Virus record (IMG/VR): IMGVR_UViG_3300033067_000065
Location: 1 to 42,641 of that record
DNA from: a virus
Taxonomy: Duplodnaviria; Caudoviricetes
Length of the DNA: 42,641 nt
Reading direction: 5' to 3' (one strand)
The notes beneath the pieces were generated by a model. The model worked only from the letters and a program-made list of their open reading frames with translations, made no database searches and had not been told where the DNA came from. The position numbers and the translations under genes are program-made. Shown in pieces: positions 17,701 to 27,595 of this stretch (the stretch's first letter is position 1; every line of letters begins with the position of its first letter).

Positions 17701-20011
17701 TTGAAATAGTAATGTTTGTGCCGATGTTTCGGCTAACGACTGGCACGATGAATCGTCCAGAGCTAATGTTGTAGCGACCAATGGTAGAAGAGTCCTGACC
17801 TAGGATCTTACCTGAGTAGACATACGAGTAGGTGTCACGGCCTTGTGGGGTAACGTGAGCATCGAAGTAGCCAGTCTCAGAGTAGTTAAAGGCAACCTTA
17901 CGCAACTGCAGGCGACCTTCGGTGTCACTCTTCTGGCCACCGGTTTGTGTAGCTGAACGGAACACAATGGTCGAGAGGGTGTACGTGAAGACGTACTTAC
18001 GCCCGAAGGTGTATGTGCCACCAGTGATATTACCCTGCACCTTAGCGTTGGTACCATCCCAGATCACATCGTACACCTCCCCTGCCTTGAGGCTTGGGTG
18101 TGTCTTGACCACGAGCTGGTAGTCACCAGTGCTAGGCGTATATCCCAGAGTTGTCAGGTTGATGGTCGTATACCCACCACTGTAGCTCATGGCTGCATTG
18201 GTAAGCTGGACCTTGCGATCAAGGTGGACGGTGTACGGTTCGCTTGGCCCGATGTAGCCCAGAGATACCGTAGCCTTCTCAAGGTACACACCATCAGCAC
18301 GGTTGATTACCAGGTAGATGTCAGAACCAATGAAGTCCACGTTCAGGATCGTAGAGTCAGACCCAAAGGTCCACTTCGACCATGACGACTGGAGCTTGTC
18401 ATTGTTGGCCCAGAAGTACTTGTAGATATACAAGCTGCTGGGATCATTGGTAGACAAAGCTGCAAGGATGTCCTCGTTGGGAGCTGCAGTGATCTTGTAG
18501 ACGTTCCCAGGGATGTACTTGGGGATATGCCCAGTGATGTCCAGAGAGTCGTTTGTGATGTTGTTCAGGTCAGCGAAGTACTCACGGAATGCGGAGTACT
18601 CACTCTTGTCCACAGCGAAGTAAACGTTCTTACCAATGCCAACAGGCTTGGCCACAACGTTAGCAGGGAACTCAGTTGCTACCTTGATACCAATAGACTT
18701 AGGAGTCAGAAGATCGTTCTGCTCGATAATGAACTGGGTCTGCTCAGAGAACAGAAGGAGCTGCTTGTTGAATGGCACAGCGTGTTTCAGCAGGCACACC
18801 TTGGTGTGGCTTGCATTCACATCAATGGGATCAGAGTCCAACAACTGCGTCACAGTGGTACGCATGAAGTTGTAGTACTCGCCAGCCTCAGAGAATATCA
18901 CTGCCTCGTCCGACAGGAGGCCAAGGCGGTTGCGATAGAAGAAGATGTCCGAGATCGTCTTACCCACGAATGATGGGAAGGGGTTGGAATCATCGTCACC
19001 TACGACACGGATCTTCCATGACGCCTTCTTGAATGTGAAGGTACCGTCAGACTCACGGACGAGAATGAAGGGCATTGTGGTGGCGGTGATCGTGCTCTTG
19101 ATCCCAGGAGCTGCGCTCTCCTGCCAGGTGCCTACAGAGGCTCCTGAGTTGGCCGTGACAAACTTCACGTAGTAACTGTCGAATGGGCTGGTGGCTGTCT
19201 CACCTGAGCCAGTACCTGTGATCTCTACCGTGAAGCCGTCAATCCCTGGGTTGGGAGGTAGGTCAGCAAACTTCTGCAGCTTGCCCTTCACAGCGATCAT
19301 GGCCCCGTTGTTGAAACCATCCTGTGCCTGGATCGAGAAGTCCGATGCGGACCTGACGATGTAGATCGTGGAGCCAGAGACTGAGCATGACCAACCAGAG
19401 GCGGTGTAGCCGTTTGCAGCCAGACTGTTATAGAGCTGGACAGCGATATAGTCCGTGGAGATGTACGGGGCATCAGCAGCGGTAGTACCGTTAGGCGTGG
19501 TGTATGAGGCTGCTAGGCTACCGTTGATCAGGATCTGATAGGGCTTGCCATAGTTACCTGCCTTGACGTTCACCAAGGCCTCATAGGGGCGAGAGGTGGT
19601 CAAGGTGCTGTCGGTAGTGACTACCTTCGTCTTATTCACGAGGAACGTGTAGTCAGCCACTGTGACAGCGGAGAACGAGGTGGATGGGGTGGTGGCCGAG
19701 AGGTAGCCCTTACCATCGGGGAAGGCCACGGTCTTCTCGGTACCATCGACACCATAGACCTTGAGATCACCATTGGTCACCACAGCGATGTATCGTTCCG
19801 TGGCATCACGGTTGATCGTATGGATGAAGCAGTTACCCAGAGGGGTCGACTGGATCTTCTTGAGGTGCTGGGTCGGGGGTCTCTTCTTCAACCCCTGAGA
19901 TACGGTAGAGAGACCATTCTCTTGGACTTCGCCCTGAGAGTTCAGTCGAAGAGTAAAGGGTTGCTGAGAGACACCGTTGACAAAGTTAGGAATTGAAGAT
20001 GAGATTAGCAT
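17624..20011 (-). CDS. gp12: Tail tubular protein B (gp12-like)
   Basis: SSSIPNFVNGVSQQP N-terminus, FFYRNRLGLLS motif; 795 aa. Confidence 0.95.
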   Translation of the reverse strand: MLISSSIPNFVNGVSQQPFTLRLNSQGEVQENGLSTVSQGLKKRPPTQHLKKIQSTPLGNCFIHTINRDATERYIAVVTNGDLKVYGVDGTEKTVAFPDGKGYLSATTPSTSFSAVTVADYTFLVNKTKVVTTDSTLTTSRPYEALVNVKAGNYGKPYQILINGSLAASYTTPNGTTAADAPYISTDYIAVQLYNSLAANGYTASGWSCSVSGSTIYIVRSASDFSIQAQDGFNNGAMIAVKGKLQKFADLPPNPGIDGFTVEITGTGSGETATSPFDSYYVKFVTANSGASVGTWQESAAPGIKSTITATTMPFILVRESDGTFTFKKASWKIRVVGDDDSNPFPSFVGKTISDIFFYRNRLGLLSDEAVIFSEAGEYYNFMRTTVTQLLDSDPIDVNASHTKVCLLKHAVPFNKQLLLFSEQTQFIIEQNDLLTPKSIGIKVATEFPANVVAKPVGIGKNVYFAVDKSEYSAFREYFADLNNITNDSLDITGHIPKYIPGNVYKITAAPNEDILAALSTNDPSSLYIYKYFWANNDKLQSSWSKWTFGSDSTILNVDFIGSDIYLVINRADGVYLEKATVSLGYIGPSEPYTVHLDRKVQLTNAAMSYSGGYTTINLTTLGYTPSTGDYQLVVKTHPSLKAGEVYDVIWDGTNAKVQGNITGGTYTFGRKYVFTYTLSTIVFRSATQTGGQKSDTEGRLQLRKVAFNYSETGYFDAHVTPQGRDTYSYVYSGKILGQDSSTIGRYNISSGRFIVPVVSRNIGTNITISNDSPLPSTFLSADWEGFYVKRSKAV

Positions 20012-20013
20012 GA

Positions 20014-20595
20014 TTAACGATCAATGGTTCTCATCACTCCATAGTTGGAGGTGAGGATGTTGTAATCAGCAGTACGGGCCTCGTAACGCTTCATAGCTCG
20101 GAGAGCCAGAGCCTCGTCCTGGCTAGTGAAAGCCTGGAGAATCTGAGAGCCAACCACTCGGTTCTGGAAGACACGAGCAGCACGGACTGTAATGTAATGA
20201 CGAGCTGCCTGAGGCAACTCATTGAATTCTAGGAGAGTCGTAATGTCAGCTTTGAGCGACTCTGTGAATGTGTAGGTCTTGCCGTTACGGTCATAGAGAC
20301 GATTGCCACGGATGGCCACATCGTAGTCCCGACTGTAGGCGCTTGTATCGACCTCGATAGCATTGCCTGGGACGTAAATGAAACCGTCACTAGCTGGAGT
20401 GAGGGTGAACTCAAAGTCCGTATTGAAATGCCAGCCCTCTTCCTGAACCTGGACAGAGACTTCAGCCAAGATCGAACGGGCTGTGACGGCATCGACAACA
20501 CCTGTCGCTGCATCAAGAGAGTTGATTGGAGATTCGCCAATCGTACCAAGCATGATGTTTACCGCATCAAGCTCTGTGGTCATTGAAAGAGCCAT
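20014..20595 (-). CDS. gp11: Tail tubular protein A (gp11-like)
   Basis: TELDAVNIMLGTIGESP and VQEEGWHFN motifs. Confidence 0.95.
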   Translation of the reverse strand: MALSMTTELDAVNIMLGTIGESPINSLDAATGVVDAVTARSILAEVSVQVQEEGWHFNTDFEFTLTPASDGFIYVPGNAIEVDTSAYSRDYDVAIRGNRLYDRNGKTYTFTESLKADITTLLEFNELPQAARHYITVRAARVFQNRVVGSQILQAFTSQDEALALRAMKRYEARTADYNILTSNYGVMRTIDR

Positions 20596-20609
20596 GAGAA
20601 ATCCATAAG

Positions 20610-20648
20610 AAAAAAAAGGGGGACCCCAAGTTAATGAGATCCCCCTTT
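20610..20648 (-). terminator. T-phi-like terminator after the capsid gene
   Basis: GGGGGATCTCA-ttaact-TGGGGTCCCCC followed by T8 on minus. Confidence 0.85.
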
Positions 20649-20661
20649 GGGTTAGCCTAGA

Positions 20662-21615
20662 TTAGGCAGTCTTCAGTTCCACAGCAGCTGCTGGACGCAA
20701 AACCCCATGTCCCATTGCATACTTGGCAACCATCAGAGTACCCTGACGGCGGATGTCGTACTGGCTTTCCATAGCCAGGTCCATCAACTTCACAGTGCCG
20801 ATAGCAGCCTTGTGAGACACAACACCAACAGTGTTAGTGTAGACACCAGCGTAAGTGTCGTTAGAGCCAGAAGCCACAGTACCAGTAGCGATGGTGGTAC
20901 CGAATGGGGCGTGGTTAGTCTTCACAACGTTCAGACCAGCAACACGCAACACCTTAGCACCAGCGTATTCACCCTCACCACCCCAGAAGCGGTTCATGAT
21001 CTTGGTGTTCTGAGCCAAGATGTAGTACGCAGCAGGGTTCAAGAAGACCCAACGGTCCTCTTCAGGGATGTACTTCTCGTCCAACTTCTGGGCAGCAGCG
21101 AACAACGCAGCAACCAGAGCTTCACCAGTGGTGTCGGTCAAGAGAGTTGCAGAGGTAACAGAGCCACCACCAACTTCGCCAGACACAGGGCTAGAACCGC
21201 GAGCAGCGTTCACCAAGAGCTGGAGCTTGTGCTTGTCCATCTGGTAGGCGAGAGCCTTACCAATCTGGTCAGCATAAGGACCACGCACATCGTAGTGGTT
21301 CATGGCTTCATCAATGTTGGAGATGAAGGCATGGCTGATCAACAGGTTGTCGATAGTGATAACCTGCTCGTTAGCAGGCATGTTCAGGCCAGTGATCTCG
21401 GCACCAGGAGTGTGGTACTCGGCAGAGATCTTACCCAAGATAGGGAACTGAGCAGACTTACCCGAAGCGATAGTGCGGGTATTGAACTTGTCTTCGGTAA
21501 CAGTAGCTTCTTTGAAAGCAGTCAGCACTTCACCAGCGAAGACTTTGAGAAACAGTGCCTTGGCGTCACCAGAGTTGTTGACTTGACCAAGACGGGAAGG
21601 AGTAGCGTTAGCCAT
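20662..21615 (-). CDS. gp10: Major capsid protein (gp10-like)
   Basis: ALFLKVFAGEVLTAF, RTIASGKSAQFP and AKYAMGHGVLRP motifs. Confidence 0.97.
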   Translation of the reverse strand: MANATPSRLGQVNNSGDAKALFLKVFAGEVLTAFKEATVTEDKFNTRTIASGKSAQFPILGKISAEYHTPGAEITGLNMPANEQVITIDNLLISHAFISNIDEAMNHYDVRGPYADQIGKALAYQMDKHKLQLLVNAARGSSPVSGEVGGGSVTSATLLTDTTGEALVAALFAAAQKLDEKYIPEEDRWVFLNPAAYYILAQNTKIMNRFWGGEGEYAGAKVLRVAGLNVVKTNHAPFGTTIATGTVASGSNDTYAGVYTNTVGVVSHKAAIGTVKLMDLAMESQYDIRRQGTLMVAKYAMGHGVLRPAAAVELKTA

Positions 21616-21836
21616 AATAAATATATCTCGTGTAGATTAGAAGAAAGGTTGTGCAACCTCCTTGAAACCAGACACACATCACGCAGAGTTATCTCCCGCA
21701 GGAGGCAAAGGTCGTGTAATCAGTTCTAAGAATTGCAATTCCACCGCATAGAGATGCAGTGCGGAACGTCTTCTATGACGAGAGAAGACATCCAGCATGG
21801 CCATCATCTTTCGGACGGACAGAGGCTGGAGTCATA

Positions 21837-22262
21837 TTATTTTGTAAGCCCCTTGAGCTTCTCGATGGTACGGTATCCACCTAGGCCAAGCAGGCCAAAG
21901 AGAAGGGTCATAAGGGTGTTGAGGTCCATGGCAGGCATAACTGCACGAACCTCATAGAGGGCTAGGAAGAAGGTTGCGAATGGGAGGAACACGAATTGGT
22001 AAAACAATCCGAATACGCAGATCCATCCTACAGCCGGTCTCCAGCCTGACTTGAAGAAACTATCAGAGGCAGCTTCGACCTTGTTGATTTCCATCTGACC
22101 AGTGGCCAGAGCAGTCTCAGCTTCCAGAACTTTGAGTTCCCCTGCCTGCTGCAGCTCAAAGAGCTTTAGCTTGGCCTGAGCAGCCTGCTGTGGATCAGGA
22201 AAGATCTTGTCAAAGACCTTCCCTGCGAGATCGAAGAGACCCCCTAGGAGAAGGGGGTTCAT
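21837..22262 (-). CDS. Holin, 3TM / GTA-type family
   Basis: INKVEA...SGWRPAVGW...LGLGGYRTIEK pattern with hydrophobic helices. Confidence 0.8.
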   Translation of the reverse strand: MNPLLLGGLFDLAGKVFDKIFPDPQQAAQAKLKLFELQQAGELKVLEAETALATGQMEINKVEAASDSFFKSGWRPAVGWICVFGLFYQFVFLPFATFFLALYEVRAVMPAMDLNTLMTLLFGLLGLGGYRTIEKLKGLTK

Positions 22263-22271
22263 CGGTTCACC

Positions 22272-23066
22272 TTAGAAAATGTTGGAGCGAGACAGCTTCG
22301 CCTGGACCTTAGCGCGGTACGCTGGGTCATTGCGGTACTGAGGGTCAGCCATGGCCTTGGTCACCTGTGCGGTGGACTCAAAGACATCGACGGAACCGCC
22401 CTTACCACCACCGAGCATACGCTCAGGCTCACTACCCACGGCCTTGCCGAACTTGGCAGAGAGGCCCAGAGCAGCCAGCTTGGCCTGGTCAGCGTTACCT
22501 GAGGACACCGCGGAGTTGTACGCAGCGATCTCTGAGGGGGTCAGGTTGGCCTTAGCCCACGTAACCATCTCATCGTAGCGATCACCACCACCAACCTCAG
22601 TCTTGATGTCACCCTCGAATTGGGCGGCACGAGCCTGCTGGCCAGCGATATAGTTGTCTACGATGTCCTTGTTGAAACCAGCCTTGGAGAGGCGGTCATA
22701 GCTCTCAGCAGACAGCTCACCCTTAGAGGCGAACTCCTGAGAGAACTCAGACATATCCAGGCCCTGCTTCTGCAGCTCAGCCTGGGGGTTCGCGGGGACC
22801 TGGTTGTCACTCGGAGTAGCATTCTGCTCTGTGGGCTTGTTACCACCTAGCTTGCTCTCCAACTCGGAGTAGGCCTTGGCCATATCCTCGGGTGACTTGA
22901 ACTTCTCTGGGAGCCACTCAGGGCGGCTCTCAGAAGAAGACTGAGGGTCAGCCAGGTTATCAGCATCGGGACCGGCGTTAGCCTTGTCCACGAGATCGAT
23001 CATCTTCTGGTCGTGACCCTCAGGGGCACCAGGGTTTTCACTTGTAATAATTACAGTATCAACCAT
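22272..23066 (-). CDS. gp9: Capsid scaffolding protein (gp9-like)
   Basis: RPEWLPEKF...AYSELE and C-terminal AMADPQY...DPAYRAKV motifs. Confidence 0.93.
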   Translation of the reverse strand: MVDTVIITSENPGAPEGHDQKMIDLVDKANAGPDADNLADPQSSSESRPEWLPEKFKSPEDMAKAYSELESKLGGNKPTEQNATPSDNQVPANPQAELQKQGLDMSEFSQEFASKGELSAESYDRLSKAGFNKDIVDNYIAGQQARAAQFEGDIKTEVGGGDRYDEMVTWAKANLTPSEIAAYNSAVSSGNADQAKLAALGLSAKFGKAVGSEPERMLGGGKGGSVDVFESTAQVTKAMADPQYRNDPAYRAKVQAKLSRSNIF

Positions 23067-23077
23067 GTGTTTCCGTA

Positions 23078-23251
23078 TTAATAGTCCACGAGCACAATGC
23101 CGGTACCGTAGACACGGATCAGCTTGGCTTTAGGATCAACTTCAAATTTGACTTTGTCTGCACCGTCACCGAAATACTGGATCTCGGGCTTGTCCTCTTT
23201 CGAGGACTTCTTAGGTGCTTCCACTTTCATTGCGGGATTCGCATCAGCCAT
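23078..23251 (-). CDS. Hypothetical protein (57 aa)
   Basis: Read manually: MADANPAMKVEAPKK...GTGIVLVDY*; fills the portal-scaffold gap. Confidence 0.6.
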   Translation of the reverse strand: MADANPAMKVEAPKKSSKEDKPEIQYFGDGADKVKFEVDPKAKLIRVYGTGIVLVDY

Positions 23252-24842
23252 TCACGGCTCCTTCTGGGGGTTGATTATCGTTGGCCATCTTCTGTTTCAT
23301 CAGTTGGCCTGCTTGTGTAATTGCTGGGTTCATACACTGCTGAGCCATCTGCATCATCATTGCCTGCTGCTGTTCCTGCTGGATCTGCTCAGGGGACTTC
23401 ACGAGACCCTTCATGTCGATACCTAGAGAAGTACCGAGACGTTTCAGAGCGTCATCCTTGTTGATCTCAGGAGGGAGCTGAGCAATCAGACCTGCACCTT
23501 GGAAGAACATCTGGAGCTTGTTCATGTCATTGCCACGACCAAGAGCTTCCATACCCGTAACGATGACAGGCTTGACCGTACCCTTAGGCAGGGTAGGCAT
23601 CTTCTTCTTACGCTCCATGGCGAACATGATGCGGTTGACCAGAGGCAACTGGAATTCCTGCGAGAGGATCGAGTAGATACCACCGAGAGCTGATTCCAGT
23701 TCACCCGCCATGTAGCGGATCTCTTCGGCTGTAACTCGCTCACCATTGCGCTGGACAGCGGAGTTCAACAGGAATGCGAACGACAGGCGTTCTTCGATTC
23801 GAGTGATCGTCTCCAAGGCCACACGGAAGTCGTTGTACTTCTGGAGCTGGAGGACACTCACATCCTGCTCGTTACCCTCGATGATGGAGCCGTTATCAGC
23901 CTCAGCAAGGGATTGCTGGCTGGTCGTACCATTGGGGTTCACGAGGAACAGGACCTTGGCTGCAGCAGCCGAGCCTTCAACGATGGCCTGAGAGAGGCCT
24001 TCGAGGGACTTGATGTCACCCAGGTACTCTTCAACATAGCCACGGCCATAGTTCTCACCGTCGATCTTTGTGAATCGAACGGGGATCCATGGGGTCTTGT
24101 CGAGAGGGAATGTGCCCTGGGACTTAGGGACGATCTGTCCCTTGATCTCCTGATACACCTCCCACTTGCCTTCCTCGCGGTAGACGTGGGTGTAGATGTC
24201 GCAGTTCTTGTCGTTCTTGTCCTGGTTCTGAGCCTCACTCTCACCCTCCTTGTAGCCCAGGAGAGCCTGGACATCATCGGGGAGTGTAGAGGGAGCAACG
24301 GTCTCCTTGACCACCACATCGAGCACATTGCCCATGGGGTCACGGCGAACCACGTACTTCTCCAGGGGAAACACTCGCATACCACCTGCATCAGGTGTGT
24401 AGAGGAGAGCGTTACCGGAGACGAGCAAGTGCTTCATGCCTTCAAAGGCAGACACACGAATGGCACCAGCCTCGATCTCGGACTGGACGGCACGTTCGAT
24501 TTTGTTCAGGCCTTCCTCTACCTGCGCTCGCATACCTTCCTGTTTCGTCAGGGTCTCTAGAGTGAAGTCATCAATCTGGAGGCGGAAGAATGGAGAGTTG
24601 GGAGGGAGAAGCGCGAGGAGGAGCTTCGAGGCCAGGTTGTTCACGCCACGAGCACCAACGGCCTGGAAGGGCGTGTAGTACTTGGTAGCGTTAGAGTGCC
24701 CAGCGGGAGGCACCAGTGTGGGTAGAGTGTACTTAGAGCACTCCCTTGCCCTATTCAGGAAAGGAAAGCGATCCGACTCTAGCTTGGCGTATAGGCCAGC
24801 AGCAGATGGTTCCTGCTCCTTTTCGTTCTTCTCTTCAGCCAT
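23244..24842 (-). CDS. gp8: Portal / head-tail connector (gp8-like)
   Basis: GARGVNNLASKL, YGRGYVEEYLGD and ERVTAEEIR motifs. Confidence 0.97.
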   Translation of the reverse strand: MAEEKNEKEQEPSAAGLYAKLESDRFPFLNRARECSKYTLPTLVPPAGHSNATKYYTPFQAVGARGVNNLASKLLLALLPPNSPFFRLQIDDFTLETLTKQEGMRAQVEEGLNKIERAVQSEIEAGAIRVSAFEGMKHLLVSGNALLYTPDAGGMRVFPLEKYVVRRDPMGNVLDVVVKETVAPSTLPDDVQALLGYKEGESEAQNQDKNDKNCDIYTHVYREEGKWEVYQEIKGQIVPKSQGTFPLDKTPWIPVRFTKIDGENYGRGYVEEYLGDIKSLEGLSQAIVEGSAAAAKVLFLVNPNGTTSQQSLAEADNGSIIEGNEQDVSVLQLQKYNDFRVALETITRIEERLSFAFLLNSAVQRNGERVTAEEIRYMAGELESALGGIYSILSQEFQLPLVNRIMFAMERKKKMPTLPKGTVKPVIVTGMEALGRGNDMNKLQMFFQGAGLIAQLPPEINKDDALKRLGTSLGIDMKGLVKSPEQIQQEQQQAMMMQMAQQCMNPAITQAGQLMKQKMANDNQPPEGAVNG

Positions 24843-24850
24843 GGAATACC

Positions 24851-25063
24851 TTAACTAGGAATGTTCAAACCAGAACCTGCAGAACCTGTGTCGGGCTGGG
24901 TACGGTCAATACGGAGGGAACCACGACCACGGTTGGCCGAGAGGGCCGATGCGTCCTTGCGGTTATTGCCCTCAGCGGGAGCCACGGTAGCCAGCGGTGC
25001 AGGAGCTGCGGGAGCTGGGGGTGGTGGAGCTGGAGGTGGGCTCGATGGGGATGAGAGGCACAT
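24851..25063 (-). CDS. Small Pro-rich virion protein (gp6.7/7.3-like position)
   Basis: MCL start, Pro-rich, GRGSLRI...GLNIP C-terminus; immediately upstream of the portal. Confidence 0.7.
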   Translation of the reverse strand: MCLSSPSSPPPAPPPPAPAAPAPLATVAPAEGNNRKDASALSANRGRGSLRIDRTQPDTGSAGSGLNIPS

Positions 25064-25064
25064 A

Positions 25065-25253
25065 TCAGTTCTCTAGAATGTTTTGGTTCTGTAAATTGAA
25101 CTGGTGGCGTAGCAGTCGAACTACCGCGATCTGACCTTGAAGGTAGAGGTAATCCTCTAGTTCAACGGGGGTCGGTGGCAGTCGATCAGGGAAACGCTTT
25201 TCCAGTTCATCGAGTAATTCTTTAGAGATGTTTGGGAACTTATTGTTATCCAT
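25065..25253 (-). CDS. Small protein at the start of the late module
   Basis: LLDELEKRFP...GQIAVVRLL pattern; GGA RBS. Confidence 0.7.
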   Translation of the reverse strand: MDNNKFPNISKELLDELEKRFPDRLPPTPVELEDYLYLQGQIAVVRLLRHQFNLQNQNILEN

Positions 25254-25258
25254 ACGTC

Positions 25259-25279
25259 TTCCAATTGGGCAACCATAAG
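25259..25279 (-). promoter_or_regulatory. Putative phage promoter/operator at the start of the structural module
   Basis: CTTATGGTTGCCCAATTGGAA on minus; member of the repeated motif family. Confidence 0.55.
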
Positions 25280-25308
25280 GAATACGGGGGTATTACACCC
25301 CCATACCC

Positions 25309-27303
25309 TTATCGAATAGGACAGGCTCCAGTCGCACAATCCTCACCCTGGATCTCATCCAAGCTGTTCGCCTGGTCGATCTCTAGGGGTTGAATGAACG
25401 AGCTGTACTTATCAAACGCTTCCTTGGTCACGACCTCCTGGGGGAGGTACTTGTAACCCAGGTCCTTAGCTGTCTTTGTGGGATCAGCGCGGAACAGGAA
25501 GCTCACACCAACGTACACATTCCAGTTCTCAAGCAACCAGTCGATGATGGCCGGAACCTCATCCACTGAGTACGAGATCGTGGCTGACACGTTCTGCTGG
25601 CACCAGTTCTCCATGAGCATCTTGTAACGCTCAAGCTGACCAACGGCTGACTCAAGGTTCACCTCCATCTCGATGCCATCCTTGACGAACTTGTCGAATG
25701 GCACACCTTCCCAGCTCACAGGGAATGTGATCAGGACTGACTCGGTGTCGGTAGGGTTATCGAATACACGATAGCCAGCAGCACGACATAGAGGGACGAG
25801 AGGATCATGCTTAGAGAAATTGACATTGTTGAAGACATACTTGCCTAGCGGCTTGTGAACACCTTCAGTGGTGTCCATAATCTTCGATAGTGTCCCACTG
25901 GGCTTGATGGTCGTGACGTTCTTCGGGCGCGGTAACCCAAGCTCATCAGCCATTGAGTAAGCTCCTGAAGTAGCTGTTCTTTGTAGGTCCGTGTAGTCAT
26001 AACTACCCAGGTCTGGTCGCCGCACGATACCCGTAAGGCCCACCCCGCAAAGTCGTAGGAATTCGTTGTTGAGATGCCAAGCCTCTTGGAGGATACCATC
26101 TCGGAGATCAACACAGGTCTGCCGATAGTTAGCTCGTGCTGCAAGATGGACTGCCCTTCGGAGAGCGGAAGAATTCCCTTTGAATTTGCCAACATCAACC
26201 TCAGTAAGATTACAGAATGATTTGTTACCCAACAGGATCTCGGCACAGGGGTTGCAACCTTTGAACCAGGGGGCACGTTTGGTAGCTGTCTGGGCATTGA
26301 TAAAGCCAGGCTCAGAACCACCAGACTCCACCATCAACTTGAAGATCCCTTCGAGATCCTCACGCTGTGGCTTCGTTTTGAAAAGCAATGAGTTGTTGGA
26401 CTGGGCACGTTGGATGTTGGCAACCCACCAGTCCTTCTTAGCTACAGCGAACTCTTGCCACTCGTCTTCACCATAGGCAAAGAGAGCAATCTCCGCAGAG
26501 CGTCTGGAGCTGAGTACAGTGCCGAGCCAATTGACAATATCAAGTATGTCAATACGAGTAAGGAGGCTCCCAGCACGGCGATTAAGGATTGTGCAAATTG
26601 ATTCATAGGCTTTGGCAATAGCTGCATCACCTGAAGAGATCCAGCCGTAACCCTTGAGGCGTTCACCTGCAGGGCGGATTTGAGAGAAGTCCAACACCAG
26701 CTTCTCGGCTGGGTGTGGGTGAGCCAGGAGCTTACCAATGGACTTGGCCCAGGCTTCGGCTGAGTCGCCTACTGAGATGGTCCAGGTTTTGGTTTCTGGG
26801 TCCCAGGTTTCTTGATTCGCTTCACGACCACCCTTTTCCGTGCGGGTCGAACGTTGAACCTCGATTGCAGAAAGTGGCTTGCGGAATCCAGTGAGCTGAC
26901 CAACCACAGGATGGAAGCCAACACCACAGCCCTGAAGTAAGAGCCACAAGATGTCCACGCAGTCTTGAATAGTTTCGACATTTGTAAATGAGCAATTGAA
27001 TTGAGACGCCTCACGGGACTGAGCCACGGAGGTACCACCCAGCCATAGGGTACGGCCAGACATAAGGACCTTGCGCTCTAACATGAGCTGACGGAGTTCT
27101 TCCAACTCACTGGCGCAACTAGGTGTTATATCGCACATACTGTCTGCACGTTTCCACAGCCAGTATTGGTGTTGGATCACACGGTCTACCGTCTGCTCCC
27201 AAGTCTCGAAGGTCTTACCTGAGTCATCGAGAGGACGGTTGTATGTACGGCGGGTAATGAGCTGGGCACGGAGAGAGGGGTTAGCGGTTGTCGCCTGAGC
27301 CAC
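25309..27303 (-). CDS. nrdJ: Class II (B12-dependent, monomeric-type) ribonucleotide reductase
   Basis: FNC, GCGVGF, NPCAEI, FCNL and TTIKPSGT motifs; C-terminal CATGACPIR; no beta-subunit gene present. Confidence 0.93.
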   Translation of the reverse strand: MAQATTANPSLRAQLITRRTYNRPLDDSGKTFETWEQTVDRVIQHQYWLWKRADSMCDITPSCASELEELRQLMLERKVLMSGRTLWLGGTSVAQSREASQFNCSFTNVETIQDCVDILWLLLQGCGVGFHPVVGQLTGFRKPLSAIEVQRSTRTEKGGREANQETWDPETKTWTISVGDSAEAWAKSIGKLLAHPHPAEKLVLDFSQIRPAGERLKGYGWISSGDAAIAKAYESICTILNRRAGSLLTRIDILDIVNWLGTVLSSRRSAEIALFAYGEDEWQEFAVAKKDWWVANIQRAQSNNSLLFKTKPQREDLEGIFKLMVESGGSEPGFINAQTATKRAPWFKGCNPCAEILLGNKSFCNLTEVDVGKFKGNSSALRRAVHLAARANYRQTCVDLRDGILQEAWHLNNEFLRLCGVGLTGIVRRPDLGSYDYTDLQRTATSGAYSMADELGLPRPKNVTTIKPSGTLSKIMDTTEGVHKPLGKYVFNNVNFSKHDPLVPLCRAAGYRVFDNPTDTESVLITFPVSWEGVPFDKFVKDGIEMEVNLESAVGQLERYKMLMENWCQQNVSATISYSVDEVPAIIDWLLENWNVYVGVSFLFRADPTKTAKDLGYKYLPQEVVTKEAFDKYSSFIQPLEIDQANSLDEIQGEDCATGACPIR

Positions 27304-27595
27304 GAATAGTTCCTTTAGCCTTGCGGCTGTTTAGTTTAGCAATGTTGCAAATAGCAACCTCTTCAAGATCTATGCAGTTGTCTTCTGCGATAGCTGCAAC
27401 ACACCACAAGATATCTCCGAGTTCCTTCTTGAGGTTCTCTTTGTGATCTGCGAGGTTGTAACCATCACGGCGACCCTTGGCTTCTAGGGATAGGAGTTCA
27501 CCCACCTCCCCTGCCAAGTTAATCAGTGCATAGATGTCATCGGCTGTTCGGAGCCGAAAGCTCATAGCTTCAGTTTGATACTGGGTAAAGTTCAT
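27281..27595 (-). CDS. MazG-like NTP pyrophosphohydrolase
   Basis: LAGEVGE...KELGDILW...NIAKL..R...GSGDNR; start moved to MNFTQYQ. Confidence 0.88.
   Translation of the reverse strand: MNFTQYQTEAMSFRLRTADDIYALINLAGEVGELLSLEAKGRRDGYNLADHKENLKKELGDILWCVAAIAEDNCIDLEEVAICNIAKLNSRKAKGTIRGSGDNR

Noticed and set aside
20596-20700. T7 10B-type frameshifted capsid extension
   Set aside because: A terminator follows within about 15 bp of the stop and there is no room for an extension before gp11.
20707-21729. 340-aa plus-strand ORF, and other long antisense ORFs (13990-14697, 23913-24560, 37183-37863, 38422-39300)
   Set aside because: Shadow frames of well-supported minus-strand genes; no recognisable motifs.
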